Positions 53,241-63,648 of a stretch of DNA of 64,000 bases are shown here, one piece after another (the first letter of the stretch is position 1; the number at the start of each line of letters is the position of its first letter). The position numbers were made by a program, and so were the translations under genes. Origin of the DNA: Bdellovibrionota bacterium (GTDB lineage Bacteria > Bdellovibrionota > UBA1018 > CAIPTA01 > JAALKR01); contig CBDBMJ010000001.1 in assembly GCA_965207455.1 (NCBI GenBank), forward strand, positions 1,760,001 to 1,824,000, given 5' to 3'. The notes under the pieces are model-generated. The model was not told where the DNA came from. It did not search any database and saw only the letters and a program-made list of their open reading frames with translations.

Positions 53241-53666
53241 TTAACCTTCAATTCTGACTCATGGCTTGATTTCCAAATTATAGCTCATTCGATTATTTCT
53301 TTATAAATAGATTTAATTCATTTTAAATCAACAACACTTCATCTATTTACTTTATAAACTAAAATAATTTATTTTTCACTATAATTCTATTAAGAAAATA
53401 GATTTTTCAGCAATACACTAAACTGTGTATAATGATCTTTCTCGAAAAAGACTTCTTTAACTTAGGATCATACTACCAAAACTGCCTCTATGAAACTAAG
53501 ATAAAATCACTGCAACCTACTCTTTTCACTGCCATTGCACTCTAAGAGTAGATATGCTTGGCGTATTGCCGGGGTGTTAGAGGAATTTAGTGGTATTTAT
53601 AATATTTAAATTTATCGTTTGATCTTTCTGATGTACCTCAAGAGCACACCCTCGATTCTTTCCGGC

Positions 53667-53891
53667 TTAGTAGTCAAATTTATAAACGCACCAGTTATTG
53701 TTTTCGTTTCTCTCGCTACCAGCACCAGGGAAACACTCATACTGTTGAGCAAGAACATTCTCTGCTGCTTGAGCAACAACTTTTGATTTATAATAGCCTA
53801 AGATGACCCAATTTTTAAGGTTTGGGTACTGTTTTTCCCAGTATTCTTTGCGACCTTTCGGATCAGTTGTCATGCCTACTCTACAAGCCAT
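53667..53891 (-). CDS. Small 74-aa protein (GIY-YIG-like), directly downstream of the sulfatase
   Basis: MACRVGMTTDPKGRKEYW...AQAAE...VYKFDY; intact ATG; boundary-core fragment at 53620-53665. Confidence 0.7.
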   Translation of the reverse strand: MACRVGMTTDPKGRKEYWEKQYPNLKNWVILGYYKSKVVAQAAENVLAQQYECFPGAGSERNENNNWCVYKFDY

Positions 53892-53952
53892 ATTTAATCA
53901 TTTCCTTTCGACTCAAGTGATACAATATAACTGAACTTTCACGCAGACAAAA

Positions 53953-56103
53953 CTACTTCTTCCCACTGATTGCCCTTCGGGCAAGCGGTCTTTCTTTTGC
54001 CATATAAAGCGCACTTTGCCAAAGTGCTAGGGCTTTTTGGATCATTTCTTTTGCTTTTTTGGGGTAGAGGTGTTTTACGTCTTTATCATAATCTTTCGTT
54101 TTATAGCGATACAGGATCGCCAGATTGTCCTCTGGATTAAGAGCTGCCTCTAAATTATTAACATATTTATTTCTATTCCAATTATTAGTATTAAGCCTAA
54201 GCAAAAATTCTTGTCCAATTAATTTCACAAGCATATTTGTATGTATAAACATATAATCACTGTCTTTATACGATGAGTGCAAAATATTCCTTCCCAACAT
54301 GGTGTTTTCTGCAGATATACCCATCATACCAAGCATAATGGGCATAATATCTATACTGGAAGTTACCTCTTGCACAGTTTTTTGTTTTTTAAACCGGAAC
54401 TGAGGAGAATAAATAATCAATGGAACCTTTAAAAAAGAAAGGTTATGATATGTGAACCAATCAGGAACATGCTCGGCTCCTTTCAAACTTATCCCATGAT
54501 CACCCACTAATACAAAAACTGTTTTATTATAATCCTTTCGCTTCTTAAAATCTTCAAAAAATACTCGTAGGCTGTAATCAGCAAACCGCAAAGCATTAAG
54601 CTCCTCAATGGAAGAAAAGCCATTTTTTTCTAATGTTTTTTTATCTACATGAATCGACATAAAGCCTAAATTCTCTTTGGGAATAACATAAGGAGGATGG
54701 TGGCTCGCTCCTTCTAAAAAAGTGAGAAATGGTTTGTTTTGATTAATTTTTCCTGCTCCATGCTTTTCCTCAATAATACGCTGTACCTCCTTATATAAAT
54801 GGAAGTCAGAAACCCCCCAAGCATTTACTTCCGGGTATTTATAATTTTTTTTTTCAAGCAAGTGGATATTATCTATGTTTTTCACTGTTGTCTTGTAGTC
54901 TAACCAAGTGAAATCATGAGATCTAAAAAAATATTTTTCATGCTTTTTAAGGGAATTTGCTAGGCTTGGCAATGGATAAGAGGGAATTTCAAGAAATGGA
55001 ATGCTCGCTATTATGGAAAAAACACCATGAATACTAGATGGAGAGTAAACTGAAGCATGGAAATTTTCAAAAAATATGGCCTCTCTTCTTCGGATAAGTT
55101 CCTTCAAAAACGGAGTAGGATTTAGTGGATTTTTCAATGTCTTATAATCAGAATAAGATTCCAGAAAAATGAATACAATATTGGAATTGGGATCAAGATA
55201 AGGCGTCTTTCTTATGGGCCTTTTAAATAAATTGAGTATCTTTGCTAGATCTACAGACTCACCAGGTTCACCACCCTTTAGTGCTCTAGGATCAGGGGCT
55301 TTTAATTTAAGATGACCTTGGACTCCTGCAAATACTTTAAAGAAGTCACTAGGAAAAAAAGTAGCTTTTTCTTTTATTTTAGTGTCAAGTAAATGTTGAA
55401 AAGTATTAAAGCTCATGGGCAAATAAAATGGATCTTGCAATGAATAACTACGATAAGAATTAAACGGTCGCCTAACATCAATACCAATGACTCCTAAAAA
55501 TAAAAACTCCAAGCATAATATGGAATAAAGAGCCTTTCGCTTAGGTAAATAAGAAGTGGTTGTAATCCGATTAAACGACTGAAAACCAAACCTGTCAAAT
55601 AAACCCTTACCTGTAAATACAAGCCTCTTTAAAATAAAATATAAGAAACAGGAAAGGAGCAGCCACCCGAAAACAATCCATACTATAGGATAGGATTTTA
55701 TCACCATCGATAGAACAGCCAGTGGGCTTTTTAAGATGTAAATGCTATCATAACCCAATCTTTTCTCCGTATATCCGTATGTGCCAAAATCAATGAGAAA
55801 AAACAAAAATATGAACGAGAAAAGAAAGGTATGAAAAAACAGAACATTCTTATTGCTATAGATATATTTTTTAGGAAATAAATAATCTCGCCAGAAAAAA
55901 GCTAAGCACGGCATGGAAAATAGAAGACTCCAACGCAGATCAAATCTAGCACCATAGAATAAGCAGTTCAGCAATGCATTCTGATTGCGGAAAAGAGTGC
56001 TCAGATCAGCTGAAAAATAAAACAGCATAATAAAGCGAAAAACCTGCTGTACAAGAAAAAACAACAAGATAATTTTTATGCAGGAATACAACCTCATGTT
56101 CAT
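53953..56103 (-). CDS. LTA synthase family / sulfatase-like membrane protein
   Basis: Multi-TM N-terminus with G.RFD; NIVFIFLES, WGVSD, HHPPY, FADYSL..F, TVFVLVGDHG, VPLIIY, DIMP..LG. Confidence 0.9.
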   Translation of the reverse strand: MNMRLYSCIKIILLFFLVQQVFRFIMLFYFSADLSTLFRNQNALLNCLFYGARFDLRWSLLFSMPCLAFFWRDYLFPKKYIYSNKNVLFFHTFLFSFIFLFFLIDFGTYGYTEKRLGYDSIYILKSPLAVLSMVIKSYPIVWIVFGWLLLSCFLYFILKRLVFTGKGLFDRFGFQSFNRITTTSYLPKRKALYSILCLEFLFLGVIGIDVRRPFNSYRSYSLQDPFYLPMSFNTFQHLLDTKIKEKATFFPSDFFKVFAGVQGHLKLKAPDPRALKGGEPGESVDLAKILNLFKRPIRKTPYLDPNSNIVFIFLESYSDYKTLKNPLNPTPFLKELIRRREAIFFENFHASVYSPSSIHGVFSIIASIPFLEIPSYPLPSLANSLKKHEKYFFRSHDFTWLDYKTTVKNIDNIHLLEKKNYKYPEVNAWGVSDFHLYKEVQRIIEEKHGAGKINQNKPFLTFLEGASHHPPYVIPKENLGFMSIHVDKKTLEKNGFSSIEELNALRFADYSLRVFFEDFKKRKDYNKTVFVLVGDHGISLKGAEHVPDWFTYHNLSFLKVPLIIYSPQFRFKKQKTVQEVTSSIDIMPIMLGMMGISAENTMLGRNILHSSYKDSDYMFIHTNMLVKLIGQEFLLRLNTNNWNRNKYVNNLEAALNPEDNLAILYRYKTKDYDKDVKHLYPKKAKEMIQKALALWQSALYMAKERPLARRAISGKK

Positions 56104-56394
56104 TTTTCCATCATAGCTTATAAAATGATTTTCTCACACTGACACCTCTCTGATTAATAAACTCAGACCCATTGTCTAATTTTCAAACACCAAAAACTGC
56201 CAAAACAATATACAATAAAAAAACAATGTACCGTGTATTATCTTAATACCCTTTAACGTGAGAAATATTTTATTAAAAAAAGTAAAAAAAACTTTAGTTT
56301 TTTATACAAACGTCCGTTTAATCTATATGCAACAAGGTTAACTTGTTGTATAATTAAAAGAGTAACAAAAATCAAAAAAGGAGAACTAAAGATT

Positions 56395-56979
56395 ATGAAA
56401 ATATTGAAAACAAACAAGGGTTTTACCCTAATTGAATTAATGATCGTTGTGGCAATTATCGGAATTTTGGCTGCCATTGCGGTACCAAACTTCCAAAGTT
56501 ATCAAGCGAAAAGTAGACAGTCAGAGGCTAAAATCTCTCTAGCAACTGTTCATAGCCAAGAGATCGCTTTTAGCGCAGAGTTCGGCGGCTATGTCACTGC
56601 ACTAGACGCTATTGGTTATATACCAAGCACTTCCGGTGCAGCTGTTGCAATAGCCAGTACTAGAGGATCGCAGTACTATACCGTTGGTTGGACTGGTGAT
56701 GCCGCACCTAATTCTATGCCTGCCAATGCTCCATACTCATTCCTTACAATCCGTTATTGGAGAAACTCAGGGACTAATTCAGGAGATGATGGTGCTACAG
56801 GGTGCAAAAATGGTGCTGTTCTTAGCGATGCATTATCGGCAATCAACACTGCAAAAGTGAACGGAATAACCCAAGCCTTTACTGTCGGTGCTGCAGGAAA
56901 ACCCGGAACTAACAATGCTTGCGATGAGTGGACTATAAATGAAAATAAAGTTCTTGCCAACAACGTACGTAACCTATAA
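56395..56979 (+). CDS. pilA: Type IV major pilin
   Basis: [24 protein letters not shown] prepilin site; [12 protein letters not shown]-terminal Cys pair. Confidence 0.95.
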   Translation: MKILKTNKGFTLIELMIVVAIIGILAAIAVPNFQSYQAKSRQSEAKISLATVHSQEIAFSAEFGGYVTALDAIGYIPSTSGAAVAIASTRGSQYYTVGWTGDAAPNSMPANAPYSFLTIRYWRNSGTNSGDDGATGCKNGAVLSDALSAINTAKVNGITQAFTVGAAGKPGTNNACDEWTINENKVLANNVRNL

Positions 56980-57006
56980 CGTCAAGATTCGTACAGTCTA
57001 AAAACG

Positions 57007-57056
57007 AAAAGCCAGAACACTCGAAAGCGAAACGCTTCCCTGTTCTGGCTTTTTTT
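57007..57056 (+). terminator. Intrinsic terminator after pilA
   Basis: aaaagccagaaca ... tgttctggcttttttt stem plus T-tract. Confidence 0.8.
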
Positions 57057-57101
57057 ATTCTGTCACCCCCATAACACATACAGTGTATCCTATAAACACA
57101 A

Positions 57102-57809
57102 ATGAAAATCATCAAACACTCAAAAACCTACCGTGTAAACTTCCTCCTCTTTCTTCTCGCCCTAATCACCGTCAGCCTATACCAAGAACAACGCCCCCAC
57201 TTTCCCCTAAAAGATAAAACAACCTTTACCTTCAACGAAGGCTTCCCCTCCTTTTCCCCAGAATCCATACGCCTCTTAAGTTTTGGCTACCGCTTTGTCT
57301 GGAGTAGCCTCCTCTGGATCCGCTTCCTCCGCCACACACCTCCCAAAAGCATGGGATCCGCAGAAGTAAGCTGGATCTTCGTGGACCTAAACGCCATCTC
57401 CGTAATCGATCAAGACTTTTCCCCCGTCTATACCCACGGCGCACTCTTCCTCTCCGTCATCACCGAAGATAAAAACGGAGCAAGACTCCTCCTAGAAAAA
57501 GGATCGAAAAAATACCCCAACTCCCTGCGAATACATTCTGCCCTAGCCTACCACTACCTCTTTGAACTCAAGGACCGCAAAAAAGCAGCCCAACAATACC
57601 AAATAGCCTCCCGGATTCCAGGAGCACCAGACTACTACGCCCTCCTTGCCGCAACCACCATGCAAAAAGAAGGGAACACAATGGCAGCTATTGCCTTCTT
57701 ACAAGATATGCGAGAAAATGCAAAAGACCCCAAAGTACGAAAAAAGCTCCTACAGAAAATACACAACCTAGAAATGGGCTCAACCGAAAGAAGCACCTAT
57801 GAAAAATAA
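57102..57809 (+). CDS. PilG-like TPR accessory protein
   Basis: FGY....SLLWIR, LLEKG...P, AY.Y.FEL.D..KAA..Y..A; located between pilA and the ABC ATPase. Confidence 0.7.
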   Translation: MKIIKHSKTYRVNFLLFLLALITVSLYQEQRPHFPLKDKTTFTFNEGFPSFSPESIRLLSFGYRFVWSSLLWIRFLRHTPPKSMGSAEVSWIFVDLNAISVIDQDFSPVYTHGALFLSVITEDKNGARLLLEKGSKKYPNSLRIHSALAYHYLFELKDRKKAAQQYQIASRIPGAPDYYALLAATTMQKEGNTMAAIAFLQDMRENAKDPKVRKKLLQKIHNLEMGSTERSTYEK

Positions 57810-58719
57810 ACCAGCCCTAGAATTTATCAATGTCTCCAAAACATACCGCTCCGGATTCCTCGGCGAAAAAAAACAATCCCTAAAAAACTTGACCCTCTCC
57901 GTACCCACCGGCTCAGTCTTTGGCTTCCTCGGCGCTAACGGCGCTGGAAAAACAACGACCATAAAAATCACCCTCGGCCTTCAAAAACCCACGTCAGGCG
58001 AAGTAATCGTCCTCGGAAAAAGCAACTCTAGCAATAAAGCCAAAGCCCTTATCGGCTACCTACCCGAACGACCCACCTTTCATCTGGATCTTACTGGCAA
58101 CGAATTCCTAAACTTCCACCGTAACCTCTTCGGCAACCGCATCCAAAATAAACCCCAACTCTCTAACTCCCATCTGCTAGCTCTTGTTGGTATCCCACAA
58201 ACCGCCTCCACACTCCTGCGAGAATTCTCCAAAGGCATGCTCCAACGAATCGGCATCGCCCAAGCCCTCATCAATTCTCCGGATTTGGTCATTTTGGACG
58301 AACCCATGAGCGGACTCGACCCCATCGGAAGACGCGACGTACGCGAAATCATCTCCCAACTCGCACACGAAGGCAAAACCATCTTCTTTAGCAGCCACAT
58401 CCTAAACGACGTCGAAAGCCTCTGCGACCAAATCGCCTTCCTCCAATCCGGCGAACTCAAAGTCCACGGAAAAATAAACGACATCCTGAAAAAAAGATCG
58501 TCAAAAGAAATCATCTTCAAAAACATCTCAGCCCACACCATTAAAAACTCCCCCATCCTACAAAACTCCACCCAATCCGGCGACTCCTGGACCCTACTCC
58601 TCCACAACCCCGAACACACCCAATCCACCCTCGAAACCATCTGGCAACAAAAAGGGGAACTCATCTCCGTAACCAACCAACAAATCAGCCTAGAAGAAGA
58701 ACTCTTCCCATCACTATGA
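57799..58719 (+). CDS. pilH: ABC transporter ATPase (PilH-like)
   Basis: GANGAGKTT, FSKGMLQR, LDEPMSGLDP, SSH. Confidence 0.85.
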   Translation: MKNKPALEFINVSKTYRSGFLGEKKQSLKNLTLSVPTGSVFGFLGANGAGKTTTIKITLGLQKPTSGEVIVLGKSNSSNKAKALIGYLPERPTFHLDLTGNEFLNFHRNLFGNRIQNKPQLSNSHLLALVGIPQTASTLLREFSKGMLQRIGIAQALINSPDLVILDEPMSGLDPIGRRDVREIISQLAHEGKTIFFSSHILNDVESLCDQIAFLQSGELKVHGKINDILKKRSSKEIIFKNISAHTIKNSPILQNSTQSGDSWTLLLHNPEHTQSTLETIWQQKGELISVTNQQISLEEELFPSL

Positions 58720-59495
58720 AAAAATACCTACAATCCGCTACCCTAACCATCGCCCTCACCACCCTCAGAGGCTTCACCCGAGACCGCATCTTCTATGCCG
58801 TCCTCCTCGTCGCCCTACTCCTCATCGCCTTCTCCTACTCCCTCGCCGGACTCACCTTCATCGGCTCCTATAAAATACTCATGGACTTCGGCTTCACCGC
58901 CATCTCCCTCTGCGGAATCCTCATCTCCATCTTCGTAGGCATCATCTCCGTATCCAAAGAAATCGAAAACAAAACCATCTACACCATTCTCGCTAAACCC
59001 GTCCACCGCTCCCAATACATTCTGGGCAAATACCTCGGCTGTAGCCTCGTAGTCCTCATCGCCCACCTAATAATGTCCCTCTCCCTCCTAACCGTCATCT
59101 GGATCATCGGCATAAAAACCTCCACCGGCCTCTACCCCTGCTTCTACCTCATGACACTCGAAAGCCTTCTTATACTCTCCATCGCCCTGTTCTCCTCCAT
59201 CTTCTCCTCCAGTGTTCTTGCCACCTGCCTCACCCTTTTGTTATTCCTTATTGGAAGGAGTGCTTACTTCTTTCATTCTGCCTCAGAAAAAGCTGAAGGA
59301 CTCATGCGCTATGTTTTTCGGATTCTCTACGACATTCTCCCTAACCTCGAACGCTTTAATCTCCGAGAAATGGCTGCCTACTCCAAGCCCTACCCCGACA
59401 CCCTTCTCCTCGACAGCACCATCTACGCCCTCGCCTACACCACCCTCTTTCTCACCCTAAGCACCATTCTTTTCATCCGACGGGACATGCCATGA
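58716..59495 (+). CDS. pilI: ABC-2 permease (PilI-like)
   Basis: EIENKTIYTILAKPV.R..YILGKYLG; six TM helices; ends F.RRD. Confidence 0.8.
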   Translation: MKKYLQSATLTIALTTLRGFTRDRIFYAVLLVALLLIAFSYSLAGLTFIGSYKILMDFGFTAISLCGILISIFVGIISVSKEIENKTIYTILAKPVHRSQYILGKYLGCSLVVLIAHLIMSLSLLTVIWIIGIKTSTGLYPCFYLMTLESLLILSIALFSSIFSSSVLATCLTLLLFLIGRSAYFFHSASEKAEGLMRYVFRILYDILPNLERFNLREMAAYSKPYPDTLLLDSTIYALAYTTLFLTLSTILFIRRDMP

Positions 59496-60283
59496 TCGAC
59501 CCCCAAACCATCATCCAAATCGCCTTCATCACCTTTGGTTTCATCATCGGCAGCTTCCTCAACGTCTGCATCTCCCGCATGCCCAAAGAAAAAAGCGTGG
59601 TCTTCCCCCCCAGCGCCTGCATGACTTGCCAAAAAAACATCCCTTGGTACTGCAACATCCCCATTCTCAGCTACCTCTTCCTCCGCGGCCGCTGCCTCTA
59701 CTGCAAATCCCGCATCCCCTTCCGCTACCTGCTAGTCGAATGCATCACCCCCGCCCTATTCCTCCTCTGCCTGCCCTACCCCTATATCCTCTGGCCCTTT
59801 TACGTTTACTTTCTCTCCTCCCTCGTCATTGCCACCTTTATCGACCTCGAACACTGGATCATCCCCGACAAGATCACCCTCCCAGGTATCCCCATAGGAA
59901 TCCTAAGCTCCCTCGTCCACCCCTACCCTTTTATTTTGGATTCTGTGCTTGGCATGATATTTGGTGGCGGATCTCTCCTAGTCATTGGCATGATCTACGA
60001 GAAGATGAAAAAAACAGAGGGCATTGGTGGTGGCGACATAAAATTTCTCGCCATGGGCGGCGCCTTCCTCGGCTTCAAAGGCATCATCCTCACGCTTCTT
60101 ATTGCTTCCATCACTGGCATGATTATTGGACTCATCACCATGATCAAAACAGGAAAAGGCGGCAAAACTGCCATCCCCTTCGGTCCCTTCCTCTCCGCTG
60201 GAATGCTCATCACCTTTATCTGGGGCACCCAAATCTGGGACTGGTACCTCGCCCTCACCAACCCTCAATCCCTCTTCCAATAA
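59492..60283 (+). CDS. pilD: Prepilin peptidase
   Basis: GSFLNV.I.R.P, two CxxC, IDL...IIPD, G.GGGD.K, IPFGPF. Confidence 0.95.
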   Translation: MIDPQTIIQIAFITFGFIIGSFLNVCISRMPKEKSVVFPPSACMTCQKNIPWYCNIPILSYLFLRGRCLYCKSRIPFRYLLVECITPALFLLCLPYPYILWPFYVYFLSSLVIATFIDLEHWIIPDKITLPGIPIGILSSLVHPYPFILDSVLGMIFGGGSLLVIGMIYEKMKKTEGIGGGDIKFLAMGGAFLGFKGIILTLLIASITGMIIGLITMIKTGKGGKTAIPFGPFLSAGMLITFIWGTQIWDWYLALTNPQSLFQ

Positions 60284-60336
60284 CACACCCAACAAACCCA
60301 CGGCGCAATGCCGCACGCAACAAGCTGGACACGTCA

Positions 60337-61725
60337 TTAAAATTTTCTAGAAAATTTCCTAAACGATTTAACCAGCTCATAAGTAAGAAACGCGTTTGCT
60401 ACTATCTGCAAAAAATTCCAGAAACCAAACTCACCTACAGGCAATTTAATGGGAATCACTAAACGACCAAACAGGTCAAGACAATCCCAAAAACCAACAC
60501 AACACTCAAAACGAAACATATGGATAAAAAGAAATACAATATTAATAGCTAATTGCCAAACAAAAACCCTAAAAAAAGCTGTACCAAAATAACTAAAGAG
60601 CTTCTCAATAGATAAAGTAAATTTATCCTGAAGATTGCCACCCGTCTTCCCCAGTTCATGGAGATATTTATCATGCTCTTTCGTATGAAACATCACGGCA
60701 GATATCGTATCATTTTGTTTTATGGCGAAGTGCTTTAATTGCAAGAAAGTTTCTCTGCTAAATGCATTCTCGCCTTCAATATTTATTAATCCTCTTTTTT
60801 CGTTTATATATTTAAGTGTGTTTTCTTCATCAAGAGATTCATTCCCTCCAGTAGAAAAATCCGTTCCTTCGATAACGCAATTATCTATCTGAAGTACAAA
60901 TTCTTTAGTAAAAAAAATATCTCCTAAAAAAATATTTTTTATATTTCCCGACAACTTAAAATGACTCCTAAAAAAAGAAAGGGTGAAATCCAATCGCTCA
61001 CGAAACTCACTCATTGTAGTGTCTAATTTATTAAAAATACATTCCCTGAAATTACAAGACCCGAGGAATTGCGTATTAAAAAATCTTGCATCATCTCGAA
61101 AATAAGATTTATAAAATCCAGCATTTTCTGCAAATCTTGTTCTCTCAAAAGAAACTTTCGATAAAAATATAGTCTCAACAAAATCTACTTCTTTTTCAAA
61201 CTCTACCTTTTTAAAAAAAGAATCTCCTGTAATAATAGTATTACTAACGCTCACTGGTTTCAGAAATTTTTTATCAGACAAATAAATGCCACCTATAATA
61301 ATGAAATTATCAAAACATACCTTTCTTGAAATTTTCGCACTATCCAATATAATATCTCCCACAATAATGCAATTATCTAAAGGCACATCCATTGAAATAA
61401 GTTCTTCAACATCAGACTGTCCTATATGAACGAATTTTTTCTTAGAATCTAGCTCTTCTTCCATGATAATAAATATTTTTTCAGAAAGGATTCCTTTATA
61501 ATTAAAAATTTCTTTTATATGTGCGCTTATTTCAATCACCTCATATTCAACACCATTAAAAACTACTTCTTGCGAGTTCAAGGAAGGATCGGAATACTTG
61601 TTTTTACTCTCATCTTCATAACGAAACTCTAACTTACCACTCGATTTATCAAAAGTAACATTGGTTAATCCCTCTCTATCAACCTTTGATATTCCGTATT
61701 TTACCTCGCTCGTTTCTTGTTCCAT
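60337..61725 (-). CDS. Pentapeptide-repeat protein with C-terminal TM segments
   Basis: F..V.F....DF..T.F repeats; ETF.QLK; S.FGT..R, hydrophobic tail. Confidence 0.75.
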   Translation of the reverse strand: MEQETSEVKYGISKVDREGLTNVTFDKSSGKLEFRYEDESKNKYSDPSLNSQEVVFNGVEYEVIEISAHIKEIFNYKGILSEKIFIIMEEELDSKKKFVHIGQSDVEELISMDVPLDNCIIVGDIILDSAKISRKVCFDNFIIIGGIYLSDKKFLKPVSVSNTIITGDSFFKKVEFEKEVDFVETIFLSKVSFERTRFAENAGFYKSYFRDDARFFNTQFLGSCNFRECIFNKLDTTMSEFRERLDFTLSFFRSHFKLSGNIKNIFLGDIFFTKEFVLQIDNCVIEGTDFSTGGNESLDEENTLKYINEKRGLINIEGENAFSRETFLQLKHFAIKQNDTISAVMFHTKEHDKYLHELGKTGGNLQDKFTLSIEKLFSYFGTAFFRVFVWQLAINIVFLFIHMFRFECCVGFWDCLDLFGRLVIPIKLPVGEFGFWNFLQIVANAFLTYELVKSFRKFSRKF

Positions 61726-62052
61726 AAAATATATCTTACAAAATACTATTGTAAAAAACAATTCTTTATTCATCTATCACCTTAAAAAAAGAGTAAGTGT
61801 TTCTCACAAAGAAACCATTAAGTTCTTGGAAAACTAAATATCTATTGTCCGATTATCAGACATCGCACCAACAGGAACACGCCCCAGAGCAGACCTCATA
61901 ATCCCTCCAGCAACAAAGCCTACCTCTATTCACACCTCTCACAACACACAGACAAACCTCGGAACTCTTCTTGACTAACCCATGGCTTTGGTTTATGTTA
62001 AAACATAATCAATCGGCTAATTAACAGAAGGCGTAAGAGAGGGAACTGAAGA

Positions 62053-62223
62053 ATGAGAAAAAAAAATAACAGCGCAACGAAAAAAGAAGACCCTGAAGAA
62101 GTTCAGAGAAGCCTTGAACAGCTCATTATTGACATAAAAAAGAAGCGACCCAAGTTCCGAAAATTCTCAAAAGAGCAGCGAGAATTCTTTATAAGGGAAG
62201 CACTAGAAGAGTATGATTCGTAG
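62053..62223 (+). CDS. Small 56-aa hypothetical protein
   Basis: MRKKNNSATKKEDPEEVQRSLEQLIIDIKKKRPKFRKFSKEQREFFIREALEEYDS, 8 bp upstream of the next ORF. Confidence 0.5.
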   Translation: MRKKNNSATKKEDPEEVQRSLEQLIIDIKKKRPKFRKFSKEQREFFIREALEEYDS

Positions 62224-62231
62224 TACCCATT

Positions 62232-63101
62232 GTGTTAGCAAGTAAATTAAAAAGAAATAAGAAATACAGTCTTTCTCAAGGAATGATCTTTGAGATACCC
62301 AGTTTAAAACTTGATTTTGATAAAGCAAAAAAAACCATTAAAGAGCTTTATCCCGAGGCAAGTCTTGATAATGTAAAGTATGGACTCATATTAACACAAT
62401 CATGTGACCTCGTTCATGATAAGTTTTTTGAGCAACAAGGTGGAACTCTAGATAAAGATGAAAAAAATAACTACAAATATCGACTTCCAAAAATTCCTCA
62501 CATTACATTTTGCTTGTTGGAGCCAATAAATTCTTATATTTCAGAATTTTTAAGTAAAAACGAATCAAAATTTCTATTCAAAATAGAAGACCCTGTTCCC
62601 ACTAACAAAACCACTAATGTCCTTTCCTCGAGCAAAGCATTAAAACTAGTTTTGAGAGAATTTGGCAGGTTCTTTCAAAATAATCACCCTTGGGCATTTT
62701 TCATCACAATTCAATCAAAGGATAGAAAAGAATACTACTTTGTTAACTTAACAAAAATTCTCCCTCTAAGAATAATTCACTATAGCTCAATCCTCCAGAA
62801 CTCTAAATTTCAGTTAACAAATGAATTTTCTAATAAATTAGCATGGAAATTGGCGACCCTATATGGGAGAATCGGGACTAAGGATTATTCAAGAAAAGCA
62901 ATCACAGAAATCATCAAGGATATTCTTGAAATCTCCCAAAAAGAGTTTTCTAGCTTAACCGATGATTCTATAGACATAGAACCTTTAGACTTTGATGCTC
63001 TTAAAAAAAATCTAGAAAGAGAACGTAACTTAAAAAAAAGAAATGAAATCTTACAAGATCTGCTAGAGGAACACTCCATAACAAATATGAAAGGCATATA
63101 A
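62232..63101 (+). CDS. Hypothetical protein with QGxI...LILTQSCDL and YGRIG motifs
   Basis: Motifs of a widespread uncharacterised family. Confidence 0.7.
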   Translation: MLASKLKRNKKYSLSQGMIFEIPSLKLDFDKAKKTIKELYPEASLDNVKYGLILTQSCDLVHDKFFEQQGGTLDKDEKNNYKYRLPKIPHITFCLLEPINSYISEFLSKNESKFLFKIEDPVPTNKTTNVLSSSKALKLVLREFGRFFQNNHPWAFFITIQSKDRKEYYFVNLTKILPLRIIHYSSILQNSKFQLTNEFSNKLAWKLATLYGRIGTKDYSRKAITEIIKDILEISQKEFSSLTDDSIDIEPLDFDALKKNLERERNLKKRNEILQDLLEEHSITNMKGI

Positions 63102-63134
63102 GACCGAAGAACTCATACACTACATTTTTCGGCT

Positions 63135-63648
63135 CATCTACACCATTCTCGCCAAACCCGTCCACCGCTCCCAATACATTCTGGGCAAATACCTCGGCTG
63201 TAGCCTCGTTGTCCTCATCGCTCACCTAATAATGTCCCTCTCCCTCCTAACCGTCATCTGGATCATCGGCATAAAAACCTCCACCGGCCTCTACCCCTGC
63301 TTCTACCTCATGACACTCGAAAGCCTTCTTATACTCTCCATTGCCCTGTTCTCCTCTATCTTTTCCTCCAGCGTCCTCGCCACTTGCCTCACCCTTCTAC
63401 TATTCCTCATCGGAAGAAGCGCCTACTTCTTTCACTCCGCCTCTGAAAAAGCCGAAGGATTCATGCGCTATGTTTTTCGGATTCTCTACGACATTCTCCC
63501 TAACCTCGAACGCTTTAATCTCCGAGAAATGGCGGCCAAACCCTACCCCGACACCCTTCTCCTCGACAGCACCATCTACGCCCTCGCCTACACCACCCTC
63601 TTTCTCACCCTAAGCACCATTCTTTTCATCCGACGGGACATGCCATGA
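63135..63648 (+). pseudogene. 5'-truncated duplicate of pilI
   Basis: Matches 58976-59495 with synonymous changes and a 6-bp in-frame deletion. Confidence 0.92.

Noticed and set aside
1449..53665. Classical integron (attC/intI)
   Set aside because: No tyrosine recombinase in the window and no conserved RYYYAAC/GTTRRRY boxes across copies; an integrase elsewhere cannot be excluded.
58080..60462. Long alternative-frame and antisense ORFs over pilH/I/D
   Set aside because: By-product of the extreme C-rich codon skew, which removes stop codons.
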